From positions 37,076,001 through 37,140,000 of the forward strand of contig OX597828.1 in NCBI GenBank assembly GCA_951406725.2: a stretch of 64,000 nucleotides of DNA, given 5' to 3'. Shown here one piece after another: positions 1-13,310 of the stretch. The stretch is from Octopus vulgaris (Eukaryota). The notes below the pieces were generated by a model. The model worked only from the letters and a program-made list of their open reading frames with translations, had not been told where the DNA came from and did not search any database. How positions within the stretch are numbered: the first letter of the stretch is position 1; every line of letters begins with the position of its first letter. The position numbers were made by a program, and so were the translations under genes.

Positions 1-525
1 TCATGGCGCTAGTGAGGATGCGATAGTTTGTGGTTGCCATGCTTCAGCCACGCAGTAAGCGTGGTAAACGAGGGAGCAGTTGTGATGCTCTGGTTCCTCG
101 ATGGTGGTGGCATGGTTGAAATCATAGGATGGTTGAAGTCTTCATTGATTACCAATGGACGATCATGACAACATTAAGCATATTCGTTCGTTCGTTCGTT
201 CGTTCGTTCGTTCGTTCCTTCCTTCCTTCCTTTATTCTTTCTTTCTTTTAATCTTTCTGTCTTTCTTTCATTTAAAAAAAAATATTAGGTCAACGTGAAA
301 TTTGAGAGTGAATTATCACATGCATGCATGTATGTATGTATGTATGTATGTATGTATGTATGTACGTGTGTGCGCGTGTGTGTATGTGTGTATGTATGCA
401 TGGGCGAAGGTGTTGGACGCTGGAGATTTGGCACGGCTGATTGGAGATTAAACCCGTTTTAACGAAGTACCTTCAGGCACTTGTGAAAAACATACATACT
501 CTTACACACGTGCACGCATAACGTT

Positions 526-567
<42 letters not shown>

Positions 568-1022
568 CATATACATACATACACACACACACACACCACA
601 CACACACACACACATATATATACATATATATAGGAAATAGAAGTTATAATGCAAGTTGTATCCTCCTGAGGCACATCTGCATGTTCACATCAATCCAATG
701 TGTGTATGTTGGTGATTTATTTTAATTGTGATATATATGGCGATTGAATGTTTTGGTGAATCCAATTTTCAATGTAATTGCGTATCAAAACAGAAAACTG
801 AAAAAAAAAAAAAAAATTGATATATTTTTAATTCCATGTTACACGTGTCTTATTACAAGATAGGAATTAGAATGGTATACATGTTGAAGAAATATGTATA
901 GATTCTCCTATTTCATAGATTCTTCGGGCAAAGATTATAAAAATAATACGAATTTACGCTTGGATGCTGCTGCTATTAAGCATTAATCAGGAGTATTTAA
1001 GTGAGAGAAGATGGAAGATATT

Positions 1023-1235
1023 AATGGCTTCAAAGTTTAGCACACGGCCAGCAATTTCGGGGAAGGCGGTAAAACGACTTTATCGACCGCAGTGCTTAGC
1101 TGGTTCTTATTTTATCGACCCCGAAACGATGAAAGGCACAATCGGCCTCGGCAGATTTTGAACTCAAAACGTAGAGACGGACGAAATGCCGTTAAGCATT
1201 TTATACGGCGTGCTACAGATTATTTCCGCTCGCCA
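1023..1235 (-). mobile_element. tRNA-derived SINE family A, diverged copy
   Basis: Reverse complement matches the family A copies at 10190 and 39962 (atcgaccccgaaacgatgaaaggc...ttgaactca...gacgaaatgccgttaagcatt). Ends approximate. Confidence 0.75.
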
Positions 1236-1432
1236 ACTTAAATTGGAAGATAATATTATTAAGAGAGAGAGTGAGGGATAGAGAAAACACACACACGTGA
1301 ATGTATGTATATTTGTATGTATGTATGTATGTATGTATGTATGTATGTACGTACGAATGTATGTATGCATGTATGTATGTATGTATGTATGTATGTATGT
1401 ATGTACGAATGTATGTATGCATGTATGTATTT

Positions 1433-1565
1433 ATCTTTTACTTGTTTCAGTCATGTGACTGTGGCCATGCTGGAGCACCGCCTTTTAGTCGAGCAAATCG
1501 ACCCCAGGACTTATTCTTTGTAAGCCTAGTACTTATTCTATCGGTCCCTTTTGCCGAACCGCTGA
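1433..1565 (-). mobile_element. SINE family B (CORE-type), 3' tail fragment
   Basis: ttttacttgtttcagtca...gtggccatgctggagcaccgcc...gtaagcctagtacttattctatcggt, shared with the complete copy at 34273-34671. Confidence 0.8.
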
Positions 1566-1828
1566 GATGCATGTTTGAATCTGAGAGGGGGAACGTTGAA
1601 AAAAATCATAATTAACAGACCCCGATGTATACTCTTTTCCCCGAAAGCCAGGAGCGTTTTAGTGCCCTCTCGCATATGAAGGAGTTCCACTTAATTTCCT
1701 TCTCAACCAAAGTCGTTCACAAGACATGATTGACAAAAGACACTTGCCCACGGTAGCGCGCGTTGGAAGTGCATCGACACAGCGTGTTTGCAAAGCGAAG
1801 TTCATAATCACAAAAAACCCATTACCCA

Positions 1829-1831
1829 GTG

Positions 1832-1882
<51 letters not shown>

Positions 1883-2144
1883 TTGGTGGTGGTGATGGTG
1901 GTGGTGGTACTAGTAATGTTAGTAGTCTCTGCATTGACTGCACAAGTAGTATTGGTGGTGCTATTCCTAATAGTAGTACTACCAGCTGTAGTAGTTGTGA
2001 TAGTAACAAGTATGAAACAGAAACAAGTAGAATGGATGAACTGGAAAGAGAAGCAAAGGTGAGAAATAATAGTTTTATAGATGATGATGATGATGATGAT
2101 GATGGTGAAGATGATGATGATGATGGTGAAGATGATGGTGGTGG

Positions 2145-2183
<39 letters not shown>

Positions 2184-2330
2184 CGGTGATGATGATGGTG
2201 ACGATGATGATGATAATGATGACGATGATGATGGTGATGATGATGATGATGATGATGATGACGATGATGATGATAATGGTGAAGATGAAGGTGGTGGTGA
2301 TGATGATGAAGAGAAAGTAAAACGAAAAAG
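1829..2330. repeat. Compound trinucleotide microsatellite (TAG)n/(GGT)n/(GAT)n
   Basis: Visible directly; explains the poly-S, poly-D, poly-H and poly-M ORFs. Confidence 0.95.
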
Positions 2331-2514
2331 ATGATAAAATGGGGAAAGAATACATAAGAGATGTGATAAAATGTAGAATTCAAGAGGGGTTGAAAAAGTG
2401 AAGAATCTGGTGAAATAGAATAAAGCGAAGAAAAGTAGAAAACAGAAACGGTAGAAAGAGAGAAAGAGGATAGGAGAAAAAGCAAAGAGGGAAAGGAAAA
2501 AAGGAGAGAGAAAA

Positions 2515-2557
<43 letters not shown>

Positions 2558-3346
2558 CGATGATGATGATGAAAGAAAGTAGAAAGTGAGACAAAATTAG
2601 AAGTGGAACGAGGGGAGGGATGAAGGAAAAAAAGAGTTGGAAGGTAGCGGTTGAAGGCTCCATCAGTTATTGAAGAAATATAAGAGTTAAAAAAGTTGGA
2701 AGAGAATTGGAAAGAATACAGCTAAGGATAAGGGAGAGAGAAAGAGAGGCGGAAGGAGAGAGAGAGAGAGAGAGGGGGGGCAGGAGGACGAGGAAGAGAT
2801 AAGAGAAGGAAAGAAGAAACGTAAAGAGAAGAGAAGGAAATGGAAGTGTTTAATTCTAAACACATTGTTGTGAGGATGTAAAAAGCCGTAAGTACGTGTT
2901 CAGTGGTAGGGTGAATTGTAAATAGATTTTCACGAAGATGTTGCACATAGCGCAAATACTTGTACATCATCAGGTAATTATTCCACTGGAAATATAACTC
3001 GGTAAAACCTCCCACTGCTGTGTGGTGGGGTGTGGCACACATTCTGATGATGGAGTTTTTAGATAAATGTATTTTGTGGTTGCTAACCGCCATCGTCACT
3101 CGATATCGCTTCTCTCTCCCTCCCTCCCTCCCTCCCTCTCTGTCTCTCTCTGTCTCTCTATCAGTCTCTCTCTGTCTCTCTCTATCTCGGTGCGGTGCAA
3201 ACGAAATTGCATCGCGCACATGTCGGTAGATGAATTTGTACTTACAAGCATGTGCATGCGTGTGTGCGTGTGTATGTATGTCTCTGTGTTAGAGTGTTTG
3301 TGTAGCCAAGTGTGCATGTATACTACAGCATTGTATACACGCAAGC

Positions 3347-3406
<60 letters not shown>

Positions 3407-3461
3407 GAGTGTTTGTGTAGCCATGTGCGCATGTATACTACTGCATTGTAAACACGTATGC

Positions 3462-3495
<34 letters not shown>

Positions 3496-3496
<1 letters not shown>

Positions 3497-4530
3497 CTAG
3501 CAGAGATACCCGGCGTTACCCGGTTACATTCAATTGAAGATTAGACTTTTCTGTTATATTTTCTGAATGAACTGGAATATCTATGTTTCGAATTTCATCA
3601 AAAATGCAGATAAGTGTTATTTCCCTCTTTACACACCCTAAAAAAATTGTAATCGTGCCACATGGAAACCAAAAGACGAATGATCACAATAAGCAGTCGT
3701 TACCACTTCCAATGTAGGATTCCTCACCATCCAGGTGACAGGCACAGCCGTACGATGCATTACGAATCTATAGCAATTGGAAGGGCGTGACCCAACTGAA
3801 ATCAACATTAACAACTGTGTGACGTGAGGGCTTAGGAGAAATTAAAGTGTCACCTCTGGAGTTTGCAAATGACCACTATACTGATACGTAACTGGACAGA
3901 ATGAATTTAAAATCTATAAATGTCTTTGAATAACCAGTCACTCATCTGGGAAGGCCTTGTAATCACTGTTAACATCTGGGGACTATGTGTGACCGAGTGA
4001 TAATAAAAAGACTGAAAAGAGGTCTGCAATCAAATAACTTTACTCAACACTTTGCAACTGAATCAGTGGAGACAAAGATGCCTCTCATTTACTTAACAAT
4101 TTACGCACCACATTGCAGAAATCACAATGTAAGTGTATGTCAAAGCAAACTGTTACACTGTTGTACCATTGAATTAGAAATAATGCCCAACTTTTATGCT
4201 CGGTTAACCCTACAGCTTCCAAGAGCACAACTGTATTCGTTTTTGCTTAGATAAAATGACAAAATTGTGTGTGTTAAGTCTCCATGGAAGGGTCTTTCTA
4301 ACTTTGTAAGAAGATGAAATTTTATAAATATTATTTTATTTGTGTCTAATATCTATGGTTAAAATTTCATCAACAGCAAAAATATATGAATTGTCATGGG
4401 GGTTATGACCCTTATGCTTAGAATATAATTTCCAAATTTCATAAAGATCCATTCAGTACTTTTGACTTAGTTTTGGATCATAAAAGAAATGACTAAAATT
4501 TGGGAGTTAAGGCTCCCATTAGGGTGTTAT
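3496..4530 (+). mobile_element. Probable non-autonomous Helitron/Helentron-like element
   Basis: Starts in a (TA)n run with actagcagagatacccggcgttacccgg, a terminal small hairpin. Contains repeated aaatttca-type sub-terminal motifs and ends in (TA)n. No coding remnant recognised. Confidence 0.4.
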
Positions 4531-4576
4531 ATATATACATATAGATATAGATATAGATATAGATGTAGATATAGAT

Positions 4577-4607
<31 letters not shown>

Positions 4608-5128
4608 CACACAAAGATAAATTGATAGATACAACTGAGTGGGCAAACAAAAATATGAGACACAGCCTAGTGCTTTTTTATGCTGATAAGCCTAGTACTT
4701 ATTCTATTAGTTTGTTCTTGTGAAACCAGTAAGTTTTGTGGATGTAAATAAATGAACAGCAGTTGTGAAGCAGTGATGAGGGCGAAACACAGACACAAAT
4801 ACACACACATACACTTACATATATACATATATATATACGATTGATTTGTTTCAGTTACTGTCTACGAAATCCACATATATTGTTGTTGGCCTCCTTTTTG
4901 TCTCGGGAGACAATGAAGTTGCGCATAAAATAATCTAGCCCGGCTTTTACATATCATGTCCTAATACATCTCCTGCTGTGGCTGTGTAGTCCTATCCTGG
5001 ACAATCAATCCCTCTGGCAGGTGCCGCAAATGTAGCGAAGACTTTGCCTGGCTGGTTGTAATGTCATAGTTTCTTGTTGACGTCTTTTCTTGTCTTTCCA
5101 TTTCTCCTCTCTCTCTATGTCACAAAGA

Positions 5129-6660
5129 CAGACAGATAGACAGACACACATTCTCAGTTTTATATATATACCAGCATTATGACCCGTCGCTGCCGGGTCA
5201 TAGTGCTAGTGCATGTATATATGTGTACATATTACATGCATATCTATATATATACATCTACACATAAAATACAAAATACACAGTTATATCTTGATATCGC
5301 TAGTGATAACAATACTCAAAATATATAACTGACTGGAATTGTAGGCTCGTCTCTTGGATCTTGTCCTCCCTCTTGTATAGACGTGTGGCTACAATCCAGC
5401 CTACCTCTACCTCTGGTGGGAGATTTAATTTTTATCCAGGATGTCCTATGTCCCAGATTTAAAGGTAAAAATAAAATATTTCCACTTTGCAAGGTTCGAG
5501 TCGAGTACTCCCTTGCACGCTCCGTTGACTCGAACCTTGCTTCTATTGTGGCGAATTTGCCGCCTCTGGTTAGATATCTTTCATAGTCGCACCAAGAAAC
5601 TTTTCGATGGTGCTTTGCTCCAGGTGCTCAAATCTTTTTTTTTCTCTACATTGTATACTTTATAGACAATAGTCTTTTCTTTGATTTAATTTTTTTTATC
5701 TAGTTTGGTGGTGTTATCCTAGATTCACTGTCTTTGTCGGTGATCAGTCCGAAATAGGTTTGTATTTCTTCCATTTTAATTTTAATGAGTTCGCGCCCGC
5801 CGACGGCTGCAGCGAAATTTATTTTTGGACTTTCTTCTACCGAAGGCATTCTAACAAAAATGCTTCCGTGTAAACGGTGAAAATATTGTCAATTTCCCCA
5901 AACAGGGACACAATTCAATTTTTAAACAATAACCAAAGCCCCTTCTCCCAAAGGGGGAGAGTTACAGTTTACAATTATTTACCAAATGCAACACAACAAC
6001 GTTTCCCTTACGAGGAACCAACAAACGTGATAACAATAGTTAAACAGTAATAATAATAACAGTACTCAGTAGAAGCGCTGTTCGAGAAAACAGATATTAC
6101 ATACAGCCAAACTTCATATAGATACTTAATGCTAGCTAATTAGCAGATAATCTAATGTAAAAGCCGTGGTAAAGGGTATTGCACACCTCCATTTGGACTA
6201 TTCCATTTCTGCACGCTAATCTTATTTTTAATTTATTCCCATTCATGTGAAACCACTTATTCAAAAACAAGTCATTGATGCAATTTTATACCAGTTGCTA
6301 TTTTTACTTTTGTTGTGTTACAATTATATTATACTTTAGCTTGATTTTAATTATTACTTACTACATATAATTCAATTGTTATTATTATTTTTATTGTTAA
6401 TGTGAAAGTATCTGACATAAAATAGAGAAATATTTTTGTTTCACTTTTAACACGTAATACTGAAATAGTGGAGAAGATATGATATTGCTATGGGCTCGCT
6501 CTAGGCAAGAAGTTGAACTTTTTTTGCCTATGAAACTACATAGACCCTAAGTAAGGCATGTGTAAAATTTGAATGAAATTGGTTGTGTAGTTCTCAAGTT
6601 TTAGGGAAACACACAGACAGACAGACAGACACACATTCTCAGTTTTATATAGAGAGAGAT
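5129..6660. mobile_element. Helentron-associated (HINE-like) element ends
   Basis: The motif acagacagacacacattctcagttttatata occurs at about 5129-5167 and 6613-6651. A hairpin with 17-bp arms lies at 5170-5210 (accagcattatgacccg...cgggtcatagtgctagt). Confidence 0.4.
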
Positions 6661-6939
6661 GTGTATGCGTGTGTGTATGTGTGTACGTACGTGTGTGTGT
6701 ATGTTTTATATATATATAGAGAGAGATATATATGTATGCATGTATATTCCATACGTATTGGGCATGTGAATGTATGCATACATATGAACATATGTATACG
6801 TTAGTATATCTGTGCATACATTCATGTACACATACATATACTATACTTATATATATATCCATACATACACACTACATACATACATATATACATACATGCA
6901 TACATAAATACACACATACATGATTACACATACATGCAT

Positions 6940-6976
<37 letters not shown>

Positions 6977-7448
6977 GGCACAGACACATGTATATGTTTG
7001 CGTATATATGTATGCCTAACTGTTATGCTCATTTTAAAATACATGTATATTCTTATATAAATATATACACCCATATATATCTATATTTCTATCCCTTTAT
7101 CTGTATTTACATAAACACACACACGCACACATATATGTATTCACAAATATACGTGTATGTATGTGTTGTGTGACTGAAAGAAAAAGAGAGGGAGAATCAA
7201 TGCGTGCGTGTTTGTGAGTGTGCGATGTGAGAGAATGCGGTTTTATGTCCACAGGTGTGGATGTGTGCAGTATAGATTACATTTCATCGCATGTGAGAAG
7301 TCTGACACGATAAGGGATTACATGGAATCTATTTTAAATACAAATTGCCAAAAACTGAGAATGAGAGAAGTAAATAGAATACACACACGCGCACTTACGC
7401 TCACTCTCGCGCACGCAAACATATACACATACATACATACATGCATAC

Positions 7449-9128
7449 TCGAAGCGGCAAGTCGCGTTTTTGGTGGGAGACTATTTATCGAAAATACGAT
7501 AATACTATCTCCAACTTTGGAGCCACAACTATCAGCCTTGTTAAATAATTGGTTAATCTTCAGATGAATTAACTGAGGGAACCTTTTATTCACGATCCTA
7601 ATGATTTTCAACTGAAACTTGAATTTAGCATGCAGAGGGTTCCTACAAGCAACATGGATGGACACAACATCAACGACAACACAATCGAGGAACCGAACGA
7701 AAACAACAGCTCAACTGATAAACGAATTCTTTCTACCTGTAGTTATAGAAGAAACCGTAACTACAAAACTCATTTCTCTTGGAATTATGAATTGAATACT
7801 GGTCTATTTAACTGCTATGAAAAAGCGAAACAAAACCCCGCTGTTGGTTATATGAAATCATATTGGTATGATCTGCATCCAGAATTTAATCATTTTATTG
7901 CGAAGCAACTACGCCGACAGGCAACATTTATAGAACAGAGAAAGAAGGTTAATAACTGTAACTTTATTTAAAAAATCGAAAATTAACCTTCTTCCCAAAT
8001 CTATAAACAAAAACGAAAACGTGAATGACCTAAGACCACTACGTGGTTCCGCAGCTAGCGACATTCCAACGGATTCCATAGTACCTGCCAGCCAAACTAC
8101 ATTACTGGCTCAAGTAACTGACCAATCTCCCCTTACTACGACTATGGTAAATAGCAGGCACAACCGCAGTAGTCAGGATTATATGCCGGTGAAATGAGCC
8201 CTTACTGAAATTTTCCGAGAAAAAATAATATTGGCTTTGAAGGACTCTCTCGAGGGGAGAGTATTCTCTACCAAAGTAAATACAAAACCACCAGATTACG
8301 GTATTAAAAGCAGTTAACGAAATTGGTGATGAGTATTTACAATAGTGTGATGAACCCACATACTGGCAGATTAACGCCTGTCTGATTGCGCTGACTACTA
8401 CTGTAAAACAGTACATGAATGATATTCAAAAAGTAAAAACCGAAATAACAAAGAAATGGATTTTGAAGACAGAGAAAAAGGTAACTGGTTTACGGAAGGC
8501 CATCAGTCATGTAATGATGCTTATTGCATGCAAACAAGCAAATTACTGTACGCCCCACCAACAGAAAGTAAAGACGGAGATAGAAATGGTGTTTGGAGAC
8601 AGCAAAAGGAGGACACTCGCAAATTGATTACTCTAAAGCAGGAGCTAAAAGCTGAAAGTGAAAAACTCGGACATCAGAAGAGAATAACCGAGGGAAGAAT
8701 AATAAACAAAAAAATTAACCACAACCAGGCAGCGACATGAAAGGAGAAGCAATCAATATCACGGAAGCTCCTTCACGAGAAGACATAGACTCCTTCTGGA
8801 GGAAAATCTGGAGTGAAGAGAAGGAATTTAACCAAGTTGCTCTGTGGCTGGAAAAAATCCGAAAAAGTTAGTGCTTCTGCGTCACATCCAAGACATACAA
8901 CTCTTGCAACTGTGATCCAGAAACTCCAGGATGGAAAAGCACTTGGAAGAGACATGATTGTTGGATATCGGTACAAGAAGCTAACATTTTACCGACCTTA
9001 TCTTATCGATCTGTACCAGCAAGTTTTCATTTGGAACAGCAGCATACTACACTGGTTAGCTCTGGCAGAGAGAAAATTGACCCCCAAATGCAGAACCACC
9101 CATATGGCAAGATCTACCGGCCAATTGC
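7449..9128 (+). pseudogene. R4/Dong-like non-LTR retrotransposon, 5' part (N-terminal domain to start of RT), disrupted
   Basis: Fragments WNYELN...GYMKSYWYDLHPEF...KQLRRQATFI (N-terminal domain typical of R4-clade elements) and GKALGRDMIVGYRYKKL...WLA...KIYRPIAC (RT regions 0-1). Multiple stops and frameshifts. Confidence 0.75.
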
Positions 9129-9310
9129 ATGTATGTATGTATGTATGTATGTATGTATGTATGTATGTATGTATGTATGTATGTATGTATGTATGCATGT
9201 AGACATGCATGTATGTATGTTCCCTTCTATTTGTATATGTTTGGAATCTTCCTGTAAGGAAATTGTTGGTTTCCAACAAAGGTACAAAGCTCCATCTTTG
9301 GAATGTATAT

Positions 9311-9706
9311 CTTTTCTACTCTAGGCAGAAGGCCCGAAATTTTGGGGGAGGGGGCCAGTCGATTAAACCGATTCTAGTACGCAACTGGTACTTAATTTAT
9401 CACCCCCGAAAGGATGGAAGGCAAAGTAGACCTCGGCGGAATAATTTGAACTCAGAACGTAAAGACGGACGAAATACCTATTTCATTGCTACCCACAAGG
9501 GGCTAAACAGACAGAACAAACAAGGACAGACAAACGGATTAAGTCGATTATAATGACCCCAGTGCGTAACCGGTACTTATTTAATCGACCCCGAAAGGAT
9601 GAAAGGCAAAGTGGACCTCGGCGGAATTTGAACTCAGAACGTAACGGTAGACGAAATACTGCTAAGCATTTCGCCCGGCGTGCTAACGATTCTGCTAGTT
9701 CGATGC
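9311..9706 (-). mobile_element. SINE family A tandem dimer with 15-bp target-site duplication
   Basis: Two SINE bodies in tandem, flanked by ctttggaatgtatat at 9296-9310 and 9707-9721. Confidence 0.85.
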
Positions 9707-10189
9707 CTTTGGAATGTATATAACCAAAGTGACGTTTCGAACTTGTGAAATATCATACATATTTTCACTGTTTGGCTTACAAATTGTATTTCTGATATGC
9801 GTTTTGGTTGGTTGACTTCTTTTTCTGAAAACTCTAGCTTTTGCAAAGTGTTACTTAAACATTTACAAACAAAAGCGAAAGCAACAATCATTGGTTTAGA
9901 TTATAAATCTGGGCGGTTTCGAAGTAGTTGTCCGTAGTTATCACCTTTCTCTCTGCTTTTTGAAAGGCTTGTGGCATTACCAACGCAGCTGACATCTATT
10001 AGGGTACGTATTTTTTCTTTTCTGTCCCCCAAAACGATATCCTGCCTATTATGATTGCACCTGGTAGAAATTTTAATGGGAATGGTTTCCGCCAATATTC
10101 CTTGTGTTGGTGTTTCTGTGTACATGGATTCTTTTGACTACTCAAAATAAGGCACAACTGTTCAGGAAAGGGTATTATTTAGGAAATAA

Positions 10190-10420
10190 GGCGGTGAGCT
10201 GGCAGAAACGTTAGCACGCCGGGCGAATTGCTTAGCGGTATTTCGCCTTCCGCTACGTTCTGAGTTCAAATTCCGCCGAGGTCGACTTTGCCTTTCATCC
10301 TTTCGGGGTCGATTAAATAATTACAGTTACGCACTGGGGTCGATATAATCGACTTAATCCGTTTGTCTGTCCTTGTTTGTCCTCTCTGTGTTTAGCCCCT
10401 TTGTGGGTAGCAAAGAAATA
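10190..10420 (+). mobile_element. SINE family A, full length, with 18-bp target-site duplication
   Basis: A-box-like tggcagaaacgttag and B-box gagttcaaattcc; flanked by ggtattatttaggaaata at 10171-10188 and 10421-10438. Confidence 0.9.
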
Positions 10421-10706
10421 GGTATTATTTAGGAAATACCGAAGTAGCATCCCTGCCATTTTCATTTACTGAGTATATTAAGTGAAAAAGGATTCGATTG
10501 AGAATTTGCGAGAACATTCTAAGTTCGACTCACGAAAACAATACACTTTTGCTCTTCAGCACTTCTCACTCTTGTTTTATTGGATGTTAACGTAATAAAC
10601 GGTCCCAGACTGCAGTATGTTTGCATTTCGTAGAAGTTTTGCTGGGTACGCTTCACCCATAGGCTTTGTATTCATGTTTATGGGTGTATTCAATAACGGG
10701 ATTCGC

Positions 10707-11112
10707 TATGTATGTATGTATGTATGTATGTATGTATGTATGTATGTATGTATGTATGTATGTATGTATGTATGTATGTATGTATGTGTGTGTGTATGTG
10801 TGTATGTATGTATGTATGTATGCATGTATGCATGTATGTATGTATGCATGTATGTATGCATGTATGTAAGTATGTATGTATGTATGTGCGTGTATTTATG
10901 TACGCATGCATGCATGTATGTATGTATATATGTGCGTGTGCATGTATGCATGTATGTGTGTGTGTGCATGTATGTATGGTTGTGTGTGTATGTATGTTTG
11001 TATGTATTTTTGTGTATGTATGTATGTATGTATATATGTACGTATTTATGTATATGTGTGTGTATGCATATATGCATATATGAATGAATATTTGTACGTA
11101 TATATGTGTACG

Positions 11113-11145
<33 letters not shown>

Positions 11146-11439
11146 GCATATATGTGTACGTATATATATATATGTACGTATATATATACATATATGTATA
11201 TGTACGTATATATATATATACATATATATATGTACGTATATATATACATATATATATATATGTACGTATATATATACATATATATATATGTCCGTATATG
11301 TATACATATATATATATGTACGTATATATATATATGCATATATATATATATATATATGTACGTATATATATATGCATATATATATATATACGTATATATA
11401 TACATATATATATACATATATATATATACATATATATAC

Positions 11440-11470
<31 letters not shown>

Positions 11471-11484
11471 CGTATATATGTATG

Positions 11485-11531
<47 letters not shown>

Positions 11532-11552
11532 TATATATATGTATGTACGTAT
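10707..11552. repeat. (TATG)n/(TA)n compound microsatellite
   Basis: Visible directly. Confidence 0.95.
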
Positions 11553-11989
11553 ATCAGGTAAATGATAACTGGATGGAGTGACTGTGGGACTTGAACACCC
11601 CACGTAATCACGATATACGCAAAGAAAACCTGATAATGTCACTAAAAAAAAAAAACTTTATTGGATGATCGATGTATTGTCTCTAGGGGATACTACGGAG
11701 AGTCTGAAAAGTAGAAATAAATTGGAAAAGATAGATTAGAAGCAAATCTTGAATACAAAAACCTAGCAAATATGAAGAATAAAAAATGACGTCGACATAC
11801 CAAGAGTGGAGCATAATTCGGGGAGAGTAACCACTGAAATAAAAACAAAAGCATTTTAAAAAAAGCAGGCAAACAAACCTACAAACGCGAATTGCGAAAT
11901 TTGTAATTGAAGCAATTATAGAAATTTTTCACTCTGAGGAATAGTTTAGATTCAGAGATTTCTTGAAATATGTGTGTGTGTATGTGCGT

Positions 11990-12053
<64 letters not shown>

Positions 12054-12084
12054 TCGTATATGTATGCTTGTGTTTGTAAGGCAC

Positions 12085-12414
12085 ATGTTTTCTACTTTAG
12101 CCTCGGGCCAACCAAAGCCTTCTGTGTGTGGATTTGGTTGACGGAAACTGAAAGAAGCCCGTCCTATATATGTATATATATATATATATATGTGTGTGTA
12201 TATGTTTGTGTGTCTGTGTTTGTCCCCCCCAACATCACTTGATAACCGATGCTGGTGTGTTTACGTCCCCGTAACTTAGCGGTTCGGCAAATAGAGCGAT
12301 AGAATAAGTACTAGGCTTCTAAAGAATAAGTCCTGGGGGTCGATTTGTTCGACAAAAGGCGGTGCTCCAGCATGGCCGCAGTCAAATGACTGAAACAATT
12401 AAAAGTGTAAAAGA
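12085..12414 (+). mobile_element. SINE family B, 5'-truncated
   Basis: agcctcgggccaaccaaagcc...gaaagaagcccg, then an internal (TA/TG)n, then the tail ggcggtgctccagcatggccgcagtcaaatgactgaaac. Confidence 0.85.
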
Positions 12415-13184
12415 ATAGCAAATTAAAAAAAGATTTAGAAATCCGAATGATTTCGTCAGTCATCACTCCTGCAAAAAACCCAGCTAACAATGGGCTTAGA
12501 AGTCAACAGTTTTCCTTAAAGGAAACCGTTCCCTTCAAACTGAAATTTCGGAGATAGTTTATTTACAGTATTTAACAATAAATACAAGAATTTGCAGTAT
12601 ATAACAATAATCCAAGAATTGAGGAGATGGCTTACATTTATTCCTTTATTCGGATCGTTTCAACAATGGTTAAAATACATCTTGAGACTGGAAATTTCTT
12701 TGGGGGGATAAGTCGATTACATAAACCCCAGTATTCAACTGGTACTCATTTAACTGACCCGGAAAGGATGAAAAGCAATGTCCAACAGCAGCATTTGAAC
12801 TCAGAACGTCAATTCTGAAGAAATGCCGCTATTTTGTCCGGCGCATTAACAATTCTACGAGCTCGTCGCCTTGTGGATTATGTAATATTACAGTATATTT
12901 CATATGATCCCTGTTTGTCTAGTCGGTCGAAAATGTACATAAATTCGTAGAAAGCCGGAAATGGCTAACATAGAGCTCGCAGTCAGGTAAATAACTTTGA
13001 ATATATCACGTGTTGGTAAGACAATCTAGGTATACAAGAAATAAATCCATTTTAGACTGTAGATCCGATTCTCGGGCTGGTCCATAATGTGATGTAGGTA
13101 TAAAACGTAAGTACAAATGAACCTTAAAATTTACGACAGCTGTTTCGGTAGAATTTTATGAATGTGTTTATAGAAGATCACATC

Positions 13185-13310
13185 ATAATATATGCGAAAG
13201 AGTACAACAGGGGTCGCCTCCACACCTTGCCGGAGTCTAGTGGAGCTTTAGGTGTTTTCGCTCCATAAACACACACAACGCCCGGTCTGGGAATCGAAAT
13301 TGCGCCTCCA
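13185..13310 (-). mobile_element. SINE family C fragment with internally deleted head
   Basis: Reverse complement matches the 20280 copy (gcgaaaacacctaaagctccac; ttcgattcccagaccggg). Confidence 0.7.

Larger units (their letters stand above)
9205..10706 (-). pseudogene. R4/Dong-like retrotransposon, 3' part (restriction-like endonuclease and 3' UTR), interrupted by two SINEs
   Basis: ORF 9901-10125 reads HNRQDIVLGDRKEK..LIDVSC...KSREKGDNY, a degenerate RPD...D...EK..Y RLE motif, followed by a C-terminal QTVKIC..F.KF segment. Confidence 0.75.

Noticed and set aside
1-175. Minus-strand PLVINEDFNHP resembling the GDFN motif of LINE APE endonucleases
   Set aside because: One short imperfect motif at the window edge, with no supporting motifs.
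1659-2663. Long ORFs of 334 and 202 aa
   Set aside because: Made up of trinucleotide microsatellites; no recognisable domain or splice structure.
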